Shown here: positions 38,344 through 47,771 of the stretch, one piece after another
Layout of the letters: every line of letters starts with the position of its first letter
How positions within the stretch are numbered: position 1 is the stretch's first letter
DNA from: Planctomycetota bacterium
GTDB lineage: Bacteria; Planctomycetota; UBA8108; UBA1146
Reading direction: 5' to 3'
DNA: 64,000 nucleotides
NCBI GenBank assembly: GCA_965661685.1
Contig: CBFIET010000122.1
Location: forward strand, 93,106-157,105
Position numbers and translations under genes: made by a program
Notes under the pieces: generated by a model
The model's database searches: none
Told to the model about the DNA's origin: nothing
Seen by the model: the letters and a program-made list of their open reading frames with translations, nothing else

Positions 38344-39882
38344 CTACTTGAACCGGATCCGTGGATCGATGAGGGCCCAGATGAAGTCACTGAGGATGTT
38401 CCCGGTGAGCCGAATCAAGACGCCAAACACCAGGGTGGCGAGGATGATCGGATAGTCGCGCCGGATGATCGATTCGTATCCGAGCAATCCCATGCCGGGG
38501 ATGTCGCAGATTTTCTCGATCAAGAAGGAACCAGCGAAGAGCAGTCCAAGAAAGTGGCCGATACCCGCAGTGATGGGGATGAGCGAGTTGCGAAGTGCAT
38601 GGATGTAGATCACCCGACCCTCGGTGAGTCCCTTGGCAAAAGCTGTCCTGACGTAATCAGCCCCGAAATTCTCCAGCAGCGAGTTCTTCATCAGGACCGT
38701 CATGCTGGCAAAGGATCCGACCAGGTATCCGAACATCGGCACCAGTGTGTGGTGAATCTGGTCGACGATGCAGCGCCAGTATTGACCTTGCTGCCACCAT
38801 TCATCCCAACCCTCCGAGCGGAATCCACCGAGGGGAACCAGATCCCAGTAAGACCCTCCCCCCATCAGGACCAGCAGTAGCAAGCAGGCGACGAATCCTG
38901 GAGTGGCATAACCGAGAAATACCAGCACGCTGGTGGCGGTATCAAATGTTCCCCTGTGGCGGATCGCCTTGGAAATCCCCAGTGGAATACACACGAGCCA
39001 GGTGGCGATGTAACCGATCAGTCCGAAGTAGATGGAGATGGGGAAGCGTCCGATGATCACCGTCAGGGCGTCCTCGTTGTAAGCGAAGGATTTCCCGAAA
39101 TCTCCCTGGATGATTCCGCTGAACTGCACCGCGACGTGATAGTAGGATCCATTACTGTTCGCGACGATATCCTTGGCGGCGAGATGATCCTGTAGCGCCT
39201 GGAAGGAGGCCTTCTGGGTCTGGAACAGTCCCCAAACCTGCCCGGCGGCCCCGCCCTCCTTGATTTCCTCATCGGTGCATGCCCGCACGTAACGGGAGCC
39301 GGAGAGGGACCACCCAACTTCACCGATCAGTGACTCGAGTTGCGGACGACTCGACAACCCTTGTGCCAGTAACTGATTCGCCTCCTCGAAGAGGGTGGCA
39401 TGCTGCCGACGGTCATCGGCATCGATCTCGACGAGCAGGGTATCTCCACTGCTCTGAAAGTTATCCGCAAGCAGTTGATCCCTGAACAGGTCGTCGCTAT
39501 CACGGAATACGTTCCACAACTGCTGGGTCCGTTGCCAGAAAGTTGGATCTTCTCGGCGATAGTCGAGAGAAACTGGATCTCGGGTTTTCTTGGGGTACAC
39601 CCCCAGCCACTGGAGGTAGGCGATGGGGATCGGCTGATCGAGATTGTAGTAGACCTTCAGCTCTTCCCGCGCCTTCTCGTCGAGACCCTCACTCTCTCCG
39701 CCGACACCCCCTCCACCACCGCCCGCCTCACCGGCGGCAGCAGCGCGCATCTGGTTCTCCAGCTGTTCGATGGGGCCACCCGGAGTCAATCGGAGGATGG
39801 CATACACCATGAAGGTGATGACGAGAAAGGTCACCGGGACCAGCATCAATCGCCGGGCGAAGTAGGTGGACATTCCACTCAT
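38344..39882 (-). CDS. ABC transporter permease (OppB/YejB-like) with large periplasmic insertion after TM1
   Basis: MLVPVTFLVITFMVYAILRLTPGGPIEQ (OppB N-terminal signature). C-terminal ...DFIWALIDPRIRFK. Confidence 0.8.
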   Translation of the reverse strand: MSGMSTYFARRLMLVPVTFLVITFMVYAILRLTPGGPIEQLENQMRAAAAGEAGGGGGGVGGESEGLDEKAREELKVYYNLDQPIPIAYLQWLGVYPKKTRDPVSLDYRREDPTFWQRTQQLWNVFRDSDDLFRDQLLADNFQSSGDTLLVEIDADDRRQHATLFEEANQLLAQGLSSRPQLESLIGEVGWSLSGSRYVRACTDEEIKEGGAAGQVWGLFQTQKASFQALQDHLAAKDIVANSNGSYYHVAVQFSGIIQGDFGKSFAYNEDALTVIIGRFPISIYFGLIGYIATWLVCIPLGISKAIRHRGTFDTATSVLVFLGYATPGFVACLLLLVLMGGGSYWDLVPLGGFRSEGWDEWWQQGQYWRCIVDQIHHTLVPMFGYLVGSFASMTVLMKNSLLENFGADYVRTAFAKGLTEGRVIYIHALRNSLIPITAGIGHFLGLLFAGSFLIEKICDIPGMGLLGYESIIRRDYPIILATLVFGVLIRLTGNILSDFIWALIDPRIRFK

Positions 39883-39925
39883 CGGCCAGGCCTTTCCCAG
39901 GCCAGCGGGTAGATCGGCAAGGGAC

Positions 39926-41788
39926 TTACTCCTTGGATTCCTTGTTGGATTCCATCCGCGCCTTCAAGCCCCACGGGTCGACCACTTGGGGACCCACCGG
40001 CAGCGTCGTACCCTCTTTCTTCGCCCTGGCGAGACGCTCCTTCAAGGCAGGAGTGGTCCACCAGTGAGACCAGATCGCATTTGCATCCCCGGTCCTGGAG
40101 AGCACCTTTTCCGGTTGCCCGAAGTGGTTCCAGGAAAGAATCCTCTCAAAAGGTCCGTACCAGGTCAGAGCCACCGGGTGCTCCTTGAAGATGAGGGAAT
40201 CAATTTTCTGCATGATCTCGGTCTGCTCATCGATGTCAAAGGTGCGATCGTACTCCTCCATCAACTGGTCCACCTCTTCGATGGCGATGCCGCTGATGTT
40301 GTTATTGTAGGGCTCATTGGCCAGATCGCTGTGCCACGAGGTGATCGGATTGGGAAAGAGGATCCCTCTCCACGCCTGCATGTGGAGGGTGAACTGCCGC
40401 TCACTCACCTTCTTCTGCAGGGCGTTGTAGTCGACCAACTTCAAGTCCATCTGGATGCCGATTTTACGCAACCCCTCGGCGATCACTTGATGAATCCGTG
40501 TCGAAGATGCAGTCCCATATTCGATGGTGAACTTGAGTTCCTTGCCCGTTTCGTCGTGAACACGAATTCCGTCTTCATTGCGCTTGGTGTATCCGGCTCG
40601 CTCGAGGAAACGCTCGGCTCTGCGTGGATTGTAACGGACCTTGCGGTTGTTGGGATTGCCCCAGCGACCTCCGGGGTAGTAACTATCGATGTACTCGTAC
40701 TGGTTGAAAAAGAGTTTATCGAAGAGAGTCTTACGGTCGACTCCATAACAAAAGGCTAACCGAACATTTTTGTCGTCAAAGGGCCACTGTCTCATGTTGA
40801 GCATGTAGCCGGAGTAGGATTGGGCTTGCTCGTTGTAGATCTTCTGCTTGCGCATCCAACCGTCTCGCACCGCATCGAAGCCTGTCTCCTCCGCCCATCG
40901 CTGAGCCCTGTACACCCTGTAGTAGTCGAGTTCCCCCGCCTTGAACTTCTCGAAGGCGAGTTCGCGATCCCTCACGACGACCAACTGGATCTCATCAAAA
41001 TTGTAGAGTCCCTGTGCAGATCGAGTCTTCCATCCCCACCAATCGGGATTGCGATAGAGAGTCACCGAGGTTTCCCTGTTCTTGAGGCTCTCCTCGCGGA
41101 GCACGTAGGGGCCGGAGCCAGGAATCATCTTCCAGTTGTACTCATCGAGATAGACATCGCCGGGAATCCTGATCTTGTCGGCGGGATAGATGGCAAGGCT
41201 CTGGGATAAGTACAGGAATAGACGCCAGTTCAATTTCTTCGTCTTGACCGAGATGGTTCTCTCATCGTGCACCACGGGAAGTTCGTACATGTCAGTAAAG
41301 AGCTTGGTGGAGGCTGGATCCTTGATGTCCGGATCGATGATGTGCTGGAAGGAAGCCAGCACGTCATCTGCAGTCACCTTGGACCCATCGGAGAAACGGG
41401 CGCGGTCATCGAGGCGGAACCAGAAGACCTGGTGGTCCTCTTTCTTGTCGATGATCCAGTGAGAGGCGAGTCCAGGCAGCCACCGCATCGTCTCGGGGTG
41501 AAAACCGAGTAGCCGATGATGAGTGAGTGCGTAGATGTCAGCGATGGTGGTCAGATTCGCATTGGGACCGTCCATCCGGATCGTCGGAAGCGGATTGGGG
41601 ATATTGGTCCGCAGTTTTCCGCCCTTTTTCGCGCCAGGACTGCCGAGTAGTTCGAAGTTGGTGTTGGTGGTCCACACCTTGCCGTCGATCTCCACCTCTT
41701 CGTAATCCGCCAGGAGCAGAACGGGAAATGAGAGATTCATCACGGCAAGAAGGGCTAGGAACAAGTACATGGTCTGGCGATGCATCAT
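39926..41788 (-). CDS. ABC transporter substrate-binding protein, family 5 (OppA/YejA-like); start at the MMHRQTMYLF Met with signal peptide
   Basis: Signal LFLALLAVMNLSFPVLLLA. SBP_bac_5-type length and motifs. Confidence 0.8.
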   Translation of the reverse strand: MMHRQTMYLFLALLAVMNLSFPVLLLADYEEVEIDGKVWTTNTNFELLGSPGAKKGGKLRTNIPNPLPTIRMDGPNANLTTIADIYALTHHRLLGFHPETMRWLPGLASHWIIDKKEDHQVFWFRLDDRARFSDGSKVTADDVLASFQHIIDPDIKDPASTKLFTDMYELPVVHDERTISVKTKKLNWRLFLYLSQSLAIYPADKIRIPGDVYLDEYNWKMIPGSGPYVLREESLKNRETSVTLYRNPDWWGWKTRSAQGLYNFDEIQLVVVRDRELAFEKFKAGELDYYRVYRAQRWAEETGFDAVRDGWMRKQKIYNEQAQSYSGYMLNMRQWPFDDKNVRLAFCYGVDRKTLFDKLFFNQYEYIDSYYPGGRWGNPNNRKVRYNPRRAERFLERAGYTKRNEDGIRVHDETGKELKFTIEYGTASSTRIHQVIAEGLRKIGIQMDLKLVDYNALQKKVSERQFTLHMQAWRGILFPNPITSWHSDLANEPYNNNISGIAIEEVDQLMEEYDRTFDIDEQTEIMQKIDSLIFKEHPVALTWYGPFERILSWNHFGQPEKVLSRTGDANAIWSHWWTTPALKERLARAKKEGTTLPVGPQVVDPWGLKARMESNKESKE

Positions 41789-41922
41789 CGAATCTCCCAA
41801 CAAGCAGGTTCTTCCACGAGAAGGCCCGGGCGTGCTACGACCGGCCGCCGGAATGCAGGAATAAACAGGACGTGACACGGGGCCGATCTATTCAACCAGC
41901 CTTACGATCCAATCGCTGGCGG

Positions 41923-42156
41923 TCATTCGGAGGTGGCTTCTTCTGCACCTTCCGTGGCCGTTTCGTCCTTCTCCTTCTTCGCCTTGGCCCGCTTCTTCAC
42001 CTTCAGAACGCGCGTTTTCGGCAAGCCGAGAGGAGCATCCTCTCCCTCGACGAAGCGACCTTGCTCCTCCAGCTGGAGAATTCTTTCGTAACGGGTCAGC
42101 ACATTTCGGGTTCCCCCGAGGCCGTCTCCGGTTTTCAGGGTCCTGTGAATCGACAT
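41923..42156 (-). CDS. small basic conserved-looking hypothetical protein (77 aa)
   Basis: MSIHRTLKTGDGLGGTRNVLTRYERILQLEE... with a K/E-rich tail. Lies in the intergenic region upstream of the minus-strand transporter operon. Confidence 0.35.
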   Translation of the reverse strand: MSIHRTLKTGDGLGGTRNVLTRYERILQLEEQGRFVEGEDAPLGLPKTRVLKVKKRAKAKKEKDETATEGAEEATSE

Positions 42157-42369
42157 CTTCTTCTGCTTCCCACCGGCCTCGAGACCGGCATCGATACTCA
42201 GCCAGCAACGGAACCGTGCAACGACGAAAAGGGGTCGTCTCGGTCCCTGTTGCGATCTTTCTTCCCTGAACCGTGATGCATCGGCTGGCGATGCCCCTCC
42301 GACTTCAGGAAGAAGTCAGGATACCGACCTCATGCTCCAACGGCAAGTAAAGCTGGACATCCAGGGGGG

Positions 42370-44148
42370 TTGCCGGACACCCCGGTGCAGCCCATGATTC
42401 CCCCCGGGAAGTGGGGATTGATGGGTTGGCGGGGAATCGCCTTATTGCTGGTTTCGGCCCTTCTGGCTGCGATGTTGCTGCTGGGGAGGGAATCCCCCCT
42501 ACCGGGTAGGGCAGATCTGGTCATCGGCAATGGCACCGATCCCGGCACCTTGCATCCGCATCGGGCGACGGGAATCGCCGAGGGGCGCATCATCCGGGCG
42601 ATCCATGAGGGGCTGGTGCTGCTCGACCCCGCCACCTTGCAAGCGCAGCCAGGGTGCGCACAGCGATGGGAAATTCTCGACGGAGGTACCCACTACCGCT
42701 TCCACCTGCAGCCGGGGCTGCGTTGGTCTGACGGCACTCCACTCGATGCCGGCGATTTCCTGCGCTCGTGGCTGCAACTGATCGATCCGCTCCAGGGAGC
42801 CCCCTACGGCGACCTGCTCGAGGCGGTGGTCGGCGCACGGCGCTGGAGAGATGGAAGCGGATCGGCATCCGAGGTCGCCATCCGCAGCGATGAGCCGCTG
42901 CTCCTCGACATTCACTTCGAAAATCCGGTCCCCTGGTTCCTGTACCTCTGCGCCCAGACACCGTTGCAGCCGGTGCACCCCGAAGCAAAGGGACGTGCAG
43001 GACCCGGTGTCGCCACCAACGGTCCGTGGATCGTCGAAAGCTGGCGACTGCGAGATCGAATCCGACTGGTCAGCAACCCGCACTACCGGGGTCCGGCTCG
43101 TCCGCAGCTGGAGACCATCGACTTCCTGGCAGTGGAATCGGGCAACACCCAGCTCAACATCTTTGCCTCCGGAATGTCGGACTGGACTGTGAGAGTTCCC
43201 GCTCCTGCCATCCCGGTGTTGCGCACCGACCCCCGATGGAAACCGTTGTGGCGCGCCGATCCGTACCTGGCCATCGCCTTCTACCGCCTCAATCTGAAAC
43301 GTCCCCCCCTCGATGACCCGGCCATCCGGCGAGCACTGTCCTTATCCATCGATCGACGGCAACTGTGCCAGGATGTCCTCGGCGGCGACCCGGAGCCGGC
43401 TCATGGATTCGTGCCGTGGCCCGCACCCGCCATCGAACTGCAAAGACGGAAGTTACGAGATCGTGGCATCGATGTGGCGATCAGCGCTCCGCTGCCGGGA
43501 TACCGGGGGATGGCACTGACCACCAGCGAAGCAGGATCGTCGACGGTCGCCGAGGCTTCGACCATAGACCCTTCGCAGTGGCGGCAGAGTGGTTTCGATC
43601 CGCAGCAGGCGCGACGCATCCTCCAGCAAGCGGGGTGGCAGGTGCCTGGATCGCCGGGGGGGCGGCCGATTCCCCCCGTCGAATTGCTCCACTCGACGGG
43701 AGGTACCAACAACATCGTCGCCGAGTGGCTCCAGCAATCGTGGCACAAGGAGCTGGGACTGGAGACACGTGTACGGTCGATGGAATGGCGCAGTTTTCTC
43801 GATGTACAACGCGCCGTCGACTACGACCTTTCGCGCAGCAGTTGGATCGCCGACTACCCCGATCCCGCCACCTTCCTGACCCTCTTCACCAGCAACTCTC
43901 CCAACAGTCGCACCGACTGGAGTGACCCGGATTACGATCGATATGTCGCCGAGGCGCTGGCACAAACGGACAGCAGCAAGCGAGAAGAGGCGTGGCAACA
44001 GGCGGAACGGATCCTGCTGGAACGGGGTCCCGTCTTGCCGCTGTGGTCGATGACTTCCGGCAACCTGGTCTCCAGCGAGATCACCGGCTTCTTTCCCAAC
44101 CCCCTCGACCAGCACGACCTTCGAGGCATCGGCAGGAGCTCCCCGTGA
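42370..44148 (+). CDS. ABC transporter substrate-binding protein, family 5
   Basis: N-terminal TM/signal WRGIALLLVSALLAAMLLLG. SBP_bac_5 architecture. Confidence 0.8.
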   Translation: MPDTPVQPMIPPGKWGLMGWRGIALLLVSALLAAMLLLGRESPLPGRADLVIGNGTDPGTLHPHRATGIAEGRIIRAIHEGLVLLDPATLQAQPGCAQRWEILDGGTHYRFHLQPGLRWSDGTPLDAGDFLRSWLQLIDPLQGAPYGDLLEAVVGARRWRDGSGSASEVAIRSDEPLLLDIHFENPVPWFLYLCAQTPLQPVHPEAKGRAGPGVATNGPWIVESWRLRDRIRLVSNPHYRGPARPQLETIDFLAVESGNTQLNIFASGMSDWTVRVPAPAIPVLRTDPRWKPLWRADPYLAIAFYRLNLKRPPLDDPAIRRALSLSIDRRQLCQDVLGGDPEPAHGFVPWPAPAIELQRRKLRDRGIDVAISAPLPGYRGMALTTSEAGSSTVAEASTIDPSQWRQSGFDPQQARRILQQAGWQVPGSPGGRPIPPVELLHSTGGTNNIVAEWLQQSWHKELGLETRVRSMEWRSFLDVQRAVDYDLSRSSWIADYPDPATFLTLFTSNSPNSRTDWSDPDYDRYVAEALAQTDSSKREEAWQQAERILLERGPVLPLWSMTSGNLVSSEITGFFPNPLDQHDLRGIGRSSP

Positions 44149-45068
44149 GTTCCTTCCTCATCCGACGACTGGTCGCCGCATCCATCACCATCTGGGCGGT
44201 GTTCACAATCTCCTTCATCATCGTGCGCGCTGCACCGGGAGGACCCTTCGACGATGAGCGCGATCCGCCTCCCGACATCAAGCAGGCGATCGAAGCTCGA
44301 TACCATCTCGACGATCCGCTGTGGAAGCAGTACCTGCGACAGATGGGCGGCTGGTTACTCCTCGACCCCGGTCCGTCCCTCCGGCAACCGGACCACGACG
44401 TCGGCAGCATCCTGGCAGCGGGCCTGCCGATCTCCTTGCTGCTGGGGGGATTGTCGCTGCTGCTGGGAACCTGCGCAGGAATCTGCCTGGGAGTCCTTGC
44501 TGCATCTCGAAGTGGCGGCTGGATCGACCATCTGGTTGTGCTGATCGCCTCCATCGGCATCTCGCTGCCGCTGTATGTCATCGCCGGCATCGCGGTTCTC
44601 GGCATCTCCTTCCAGCTCGGCTGGCTGCCCCCTGCCGGCTGGCAATCGACCTCGTCACTGATCCTTCCGGTGCTGTGCCTGTCGCTGGCCCCCGCCGCAC
44701 AGGCTGCCCGCATGGTTCGCACATCCATCCTCGAGATGATCGGTGAGGACTTCGCCCGGACCGCCCGAGCCAAGGGCAGTTCCCCCACCGCCATTCTCTT
44801 CCGCCACTGCCTTCGCCCTGCGTTGATCCCGTTGATCTCCACCCTCGGCCCCACCGCAGCAGCACTGCTCACCGGTTCGCTGGTGATCGAACAGATCTTT
44901 GCGATTCCCGGGGTCGGTATGCATTTCGTGCAGGGCGCACTCAATCGAGACTACCCGCTGGTGCTCGGCGCGGTGCTCCTCTACACGGTGCTCCTGCAAC
45001 TGATGACACTGCTGACGGACCTGTTGCTGGTAGCTCTCGATCCGCGGCTGCGGGAAGAGTCGCCATGA
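44145..45068 (+). CDS. ABC permease (OppB/DppB-like), GTG start overlapping the SBP stop (GTGA)
   Basis: VSSFLIRRLVAASITIWAVFTISFIIVRAAPGGPFDDE... There is no ATG between the GTG and the first TM segment. Confidence 0.8.
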   Translation: MSSFLIRRLVAASITIWAVFTISFIIVRAAPGGPFDDERDPPPDIKQAIEARYHLDDPLWKQYLRQMGGWLLLDPGPSLRQPDHDVGSILAAGLPISLLLGGLSLLLGTCAGICLGVLAASRSGGWIDHLVVLIASIGISLPLYVIAGIAVLGISFQLGWLPPAGWQSTSSLILPVLCLSLAPAAQAARMVRTSILEMIGEDFARTARAKGSSPTAILFRHCLRPALIPLISTLGPTAAALLTGSLVIEQIFAIPGVGMHFVQGALNRDYPLVLGAVLLYTVLLQLMTLLTDLLLVALDPRLREESP

Positions 45069-45922
45069 AGAAACGACTCGCCGATCGATCTCCCCTCTCC
45101 GTCATCGCCTGTCTGTGGTTATTGATGGTTCTCATCGTCGCCGTCACCACTCCCTGGTTACCGCTGCAATCACCGGAAAGCGCAGAACCCTCGATGGCGT
45201 GGGCCGCTCCCGATGGAACCCACCCACTGGGCACCGATGCACTGGGCAGAGATCTCTTCAGTCGCATCCTGTGGGGGTCGAGGGTGTCGCTTGCGTGCGC
45301 CCTGGCAGGTGCCGTCGCAGCACTGCTACTGGGTGTCAGCTGGGGTCTGGTAGCGGGAGGTGGATCGACGCGACGAGACAACTGGATGATGAGAATCGTC
45401 GACCTGCTCGATTCGGTGCCAGTGGTCTTCCTCGTCATCCTGGTGGCCAGCATCGCCCGGGGAAGCCGCTGGGAGAGTGCCGGGGGAGGGATCGCCCTCT
45501 TCTTCCTGATCCTCGGCGTCGTCTACTGGACTCCGATGGCGAGAGTCGTCCGGGGAGAAACCCGCTCCCTCGCCCGTCGCGAATGGGCGCAAGCTGCGGT
45601 GGCTCTGGGCACTCCCCCGACACGGGTGCTGTGGAGACATCTGCTCCCCAATCTGATCCCGACCATCCTGGTGACGGTAACCCTGATCATCCCGCGGGTA
45701 CTCCTCTTCGAGGCGTTCCTCTCCTTCCTCGGTCTGGGAGTGCAAGCGCCAGCGGTCTCGTGGGGAACCCTGGCCCGGGATGCGTTCGAGGTGCTGAATC
45801 CGGTCAAGACCGCCTGGTGGTTGGTGGCATTCCCCTCGGCAGTACTGGCATTGACGCTGCTGGCCCTCAACATCGTCGGCGACGCCCTGCGTGGCCGACT
45901 CGACCCGAAACAGCGCCGCTGA
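45065..45922 (+). CDS. ABC permease (OppC/DppC-like)
   Basis: ATGA overlap with the upstream permease. BPD_transp_1 core. Confidence 0.8.
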   Translation: MKKRLADRSPLSVIACLWLLMVLIVAVTTPWLPLQSPESAEPSMAWAAPDGTHPLGTDALGRDLFSRILWGSRVSLACALAGAVAALLLGVSWGLVAGGGSTRRDNWMMRIVDLLDSVPVVFLVILVASIARGSRWESAGGGIALFFLILGVVYWTPMARVVRGETRSLARREWAQAAVALGTPPTRVLWRHLLPNLIPTILVTVTLIIPRVLLFEAFLSFLGLGVQAPAVSWGTLARDAFEVLNPVKTAWWLVAFPSAVLALTLLALNIVGDALRGRLDPKQRR

Positions 45923-45931
45923 CCCGGGTAA

Positions 45932-46855
45932 CTAGTCCTTCATCTTTGGATCGAAGGCGTCCCGCAGACCATCGCCGAGCAGGTTGAAGCCGAGCACGGT
46001 GATCATGATGGCGAGCCCGGGAAAGACTCCCATCCACGGCTTCTCGACCCAGTACTCCTTGGAGTCCACCAGCATCCTGCCCCACGACGGGGATGGAGGA
46101 GGCAAACCGATTCCAAGGAAGGAGAGGCCCGCCTCGGCCAGGATATTTCCGGCGATCATCAGCGTCGAGACCACCACCACCGGCCCGAGACAGTTGGGCA
46201 ATACATGACCTACCAGGATTCGCGTGTCACTCTGCCCCAGTGCTCGAGCTCCCAGCACGAACTCACTTCCACGCAGGGAAATCACCTGCGCTCGAACGAT
46301 GCGGGCGACACCGGGCCAGCCAACAAGTCCGAGAGCCGCAAAGATCTTGTACTCGTCAGGTTTCTCGAAGACCGCCAGGATCCCGATCGTCAGCAGCAGG
46401 CTCGGGAAGGCGAAGAAGGTATCGGTCAGGCGCGAGATCACCGTGTCGACGGTTCCTCCGCGAAAACCAGCCAGACTTCCCAGGACCAGACCGATGAGCA
46501 GAGCCACCATCGTACCGATCAGTCCCACACGAAGGGAGATCCCTGCTCCGTAGACGATGCGAGTCCAGATGTCTCGTCCCTGTTCATCGGTACCGAGCGG
46601 GTGCCCTTCGATGCCTGGAGGCTGCTGGTACTCGTCGGCGGATCTGAATTGCTGATCGTAGGAATAAGGAGCAGTTCCATCTGCATTCGATGGAACCAAC
46701 CAGGAGGGAAACAGTGCCAGCACCACCACGATGGCGACGACCACCGCTCCGAGCATCGCCAGGCGATTGCTATACAATCGCTTGAGCGCCATGCGGGTAG
46801 GAGAGTTGCTCGATCTAGCGTCTGTCATCGCGAACCCTCGGATCGAACCATGCAT
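45932..46855 (-). CDS. ABC permease (OppC/DppC-like); true start may be an internal Met (~46828)
   Basis: ...LIGLVLGSLAGFRGGTVDTVISRLTDTFFAFPSLLL... Confidence 0.8.
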   Translation of the reverse strand: MHGSIRGFAMTDARSSNSPTRMALKRLYSNRLAMLGAVVVAIVVVLALFPSWLVPSNADGTAPYSYDQQFRSADEYQQPPGIEGHPLGTDEQGRDIWTRIVYGAGISLRVGLIGTMVALLIGLVLGSLAGFRGGTVDTVISRLTDTFFAFPSLLLTIGILAVFEKPDEYKIFAALGLVGWPGVARIVRAQVISLRGSEFVLGARALGQSDTRILVGHVLPNCLGPVVVVSTLMIAGNILAEAGLSFLGIGLPPPSPSWGRMLVDSKEYWVEKPWMGVFPGLAIMITVLGFNLLGDGLRDAFDPKMKD

Positions 46856-47762
46856 AGGAGAGGTCGACCAGCAGGTTGACCCCGATGAAGACGAAGGACA
46901 TCAGCAGGATGCCGCCCGTGATCAGCTCACGATCGCGTGTCTTGATCGCCTCCACCACTTCTCGCCCCAGTCCTGGTAACGCAAAGACGGTCTCGGTCAA
47001 GACCGCTCCCACCAGCAGATAACCGAACGAATTGCCCACCACGGTAACGATGGGAATCGCGGCATTTTTCAGCGAATGCTTGAGGATCACGACCCGTTCG
47101 CTGAGTCCCTTCGATCGAGCGGTGCGGATGTAATCCTGGGTGAGGACATCGAGCATGGCGGAACGGCTGAGGCGTGCAATCGTTGCCGATGAGAGGAACC
47201 CCAGCGCCGCCGCCGGCATCGCCAGCGAACGCAGTACCGATGTGATACTGCTGTCATCGAATCCGGTCCTGGGAAGCCCCAGCACCGGAGCTACGTAGAT
47301 GATCATCAGGATGCCGAGCCAGAAAACCGGCATCGAGACCCCGAAGATGGCGATGATCATCGACACGTAATCGAAGATGGTCCGGCTGCGTACCGCCGAC
47401 AGGATTCCTGCGCCGATGCCGATGAACAACGCAACGACGATGGAAAGGAATGCCAGCCGCAAGGTGACGAGAAACGCCTCGCCGAGGATCTCGTTGACCC
47501 TTTTCCCCGATTTGACATCGGAGACTCCCAGGTCGAAATCGATGAAGAGATTTCCCAGGTATCGGAAGTACTGTTCCGGCAAGGGATCGTTGTAGCCACG
47601 CTCGGTATTGTACGCCTCGACCGCTGCAGGATCGGCGCGCTGCCCGAGGCGGATGCGGCCCGGATTCCCCGGAATCGCTGCGTTGAGAATGAAGACGATC
47701 ATCGTCACCAGCAAGATGACGGGAATCGCCTCCAGTAGTCGTCGGATCGTGTATGAGAGCAA
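46815..47762 (-). CDS. ABC permease (OppB/DppB-like)
   Basis: MLSYTIRRLLEAIPVILLVTMIVFILNAAIPGNPG... Confidence 0.8.
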   Translation of the reverse strand: MLSYTIRRLLEAIPVILLVTMIVFILNAAIPGNPGRIRLGQRADPAAVEAYNTERGYNDPLPEQYFRYLGNLFIDFDLGVSDVKSGKRVNEILGEAFLVTLRLAFLSIVVALFIGIGAGILSAVRSRTIFDYVSMIIAIFGVSMPVFWLGILMIIYVAPVLGLPRTGFDDSSITSVLRSLAMPAAALGFLSSATIARLSRSAMLDVLTQDYIRTARSKGLSERVVILKHSLKNAAIPIVTVVGNSFGYLLVGAVLTETVFALPGLGREVVEAIKTRDRELITGGILLMSFVFIGVNLLVDLSYAWFDPRVRDDRR

Positions 47763-47771
47763 GGGTCCCCG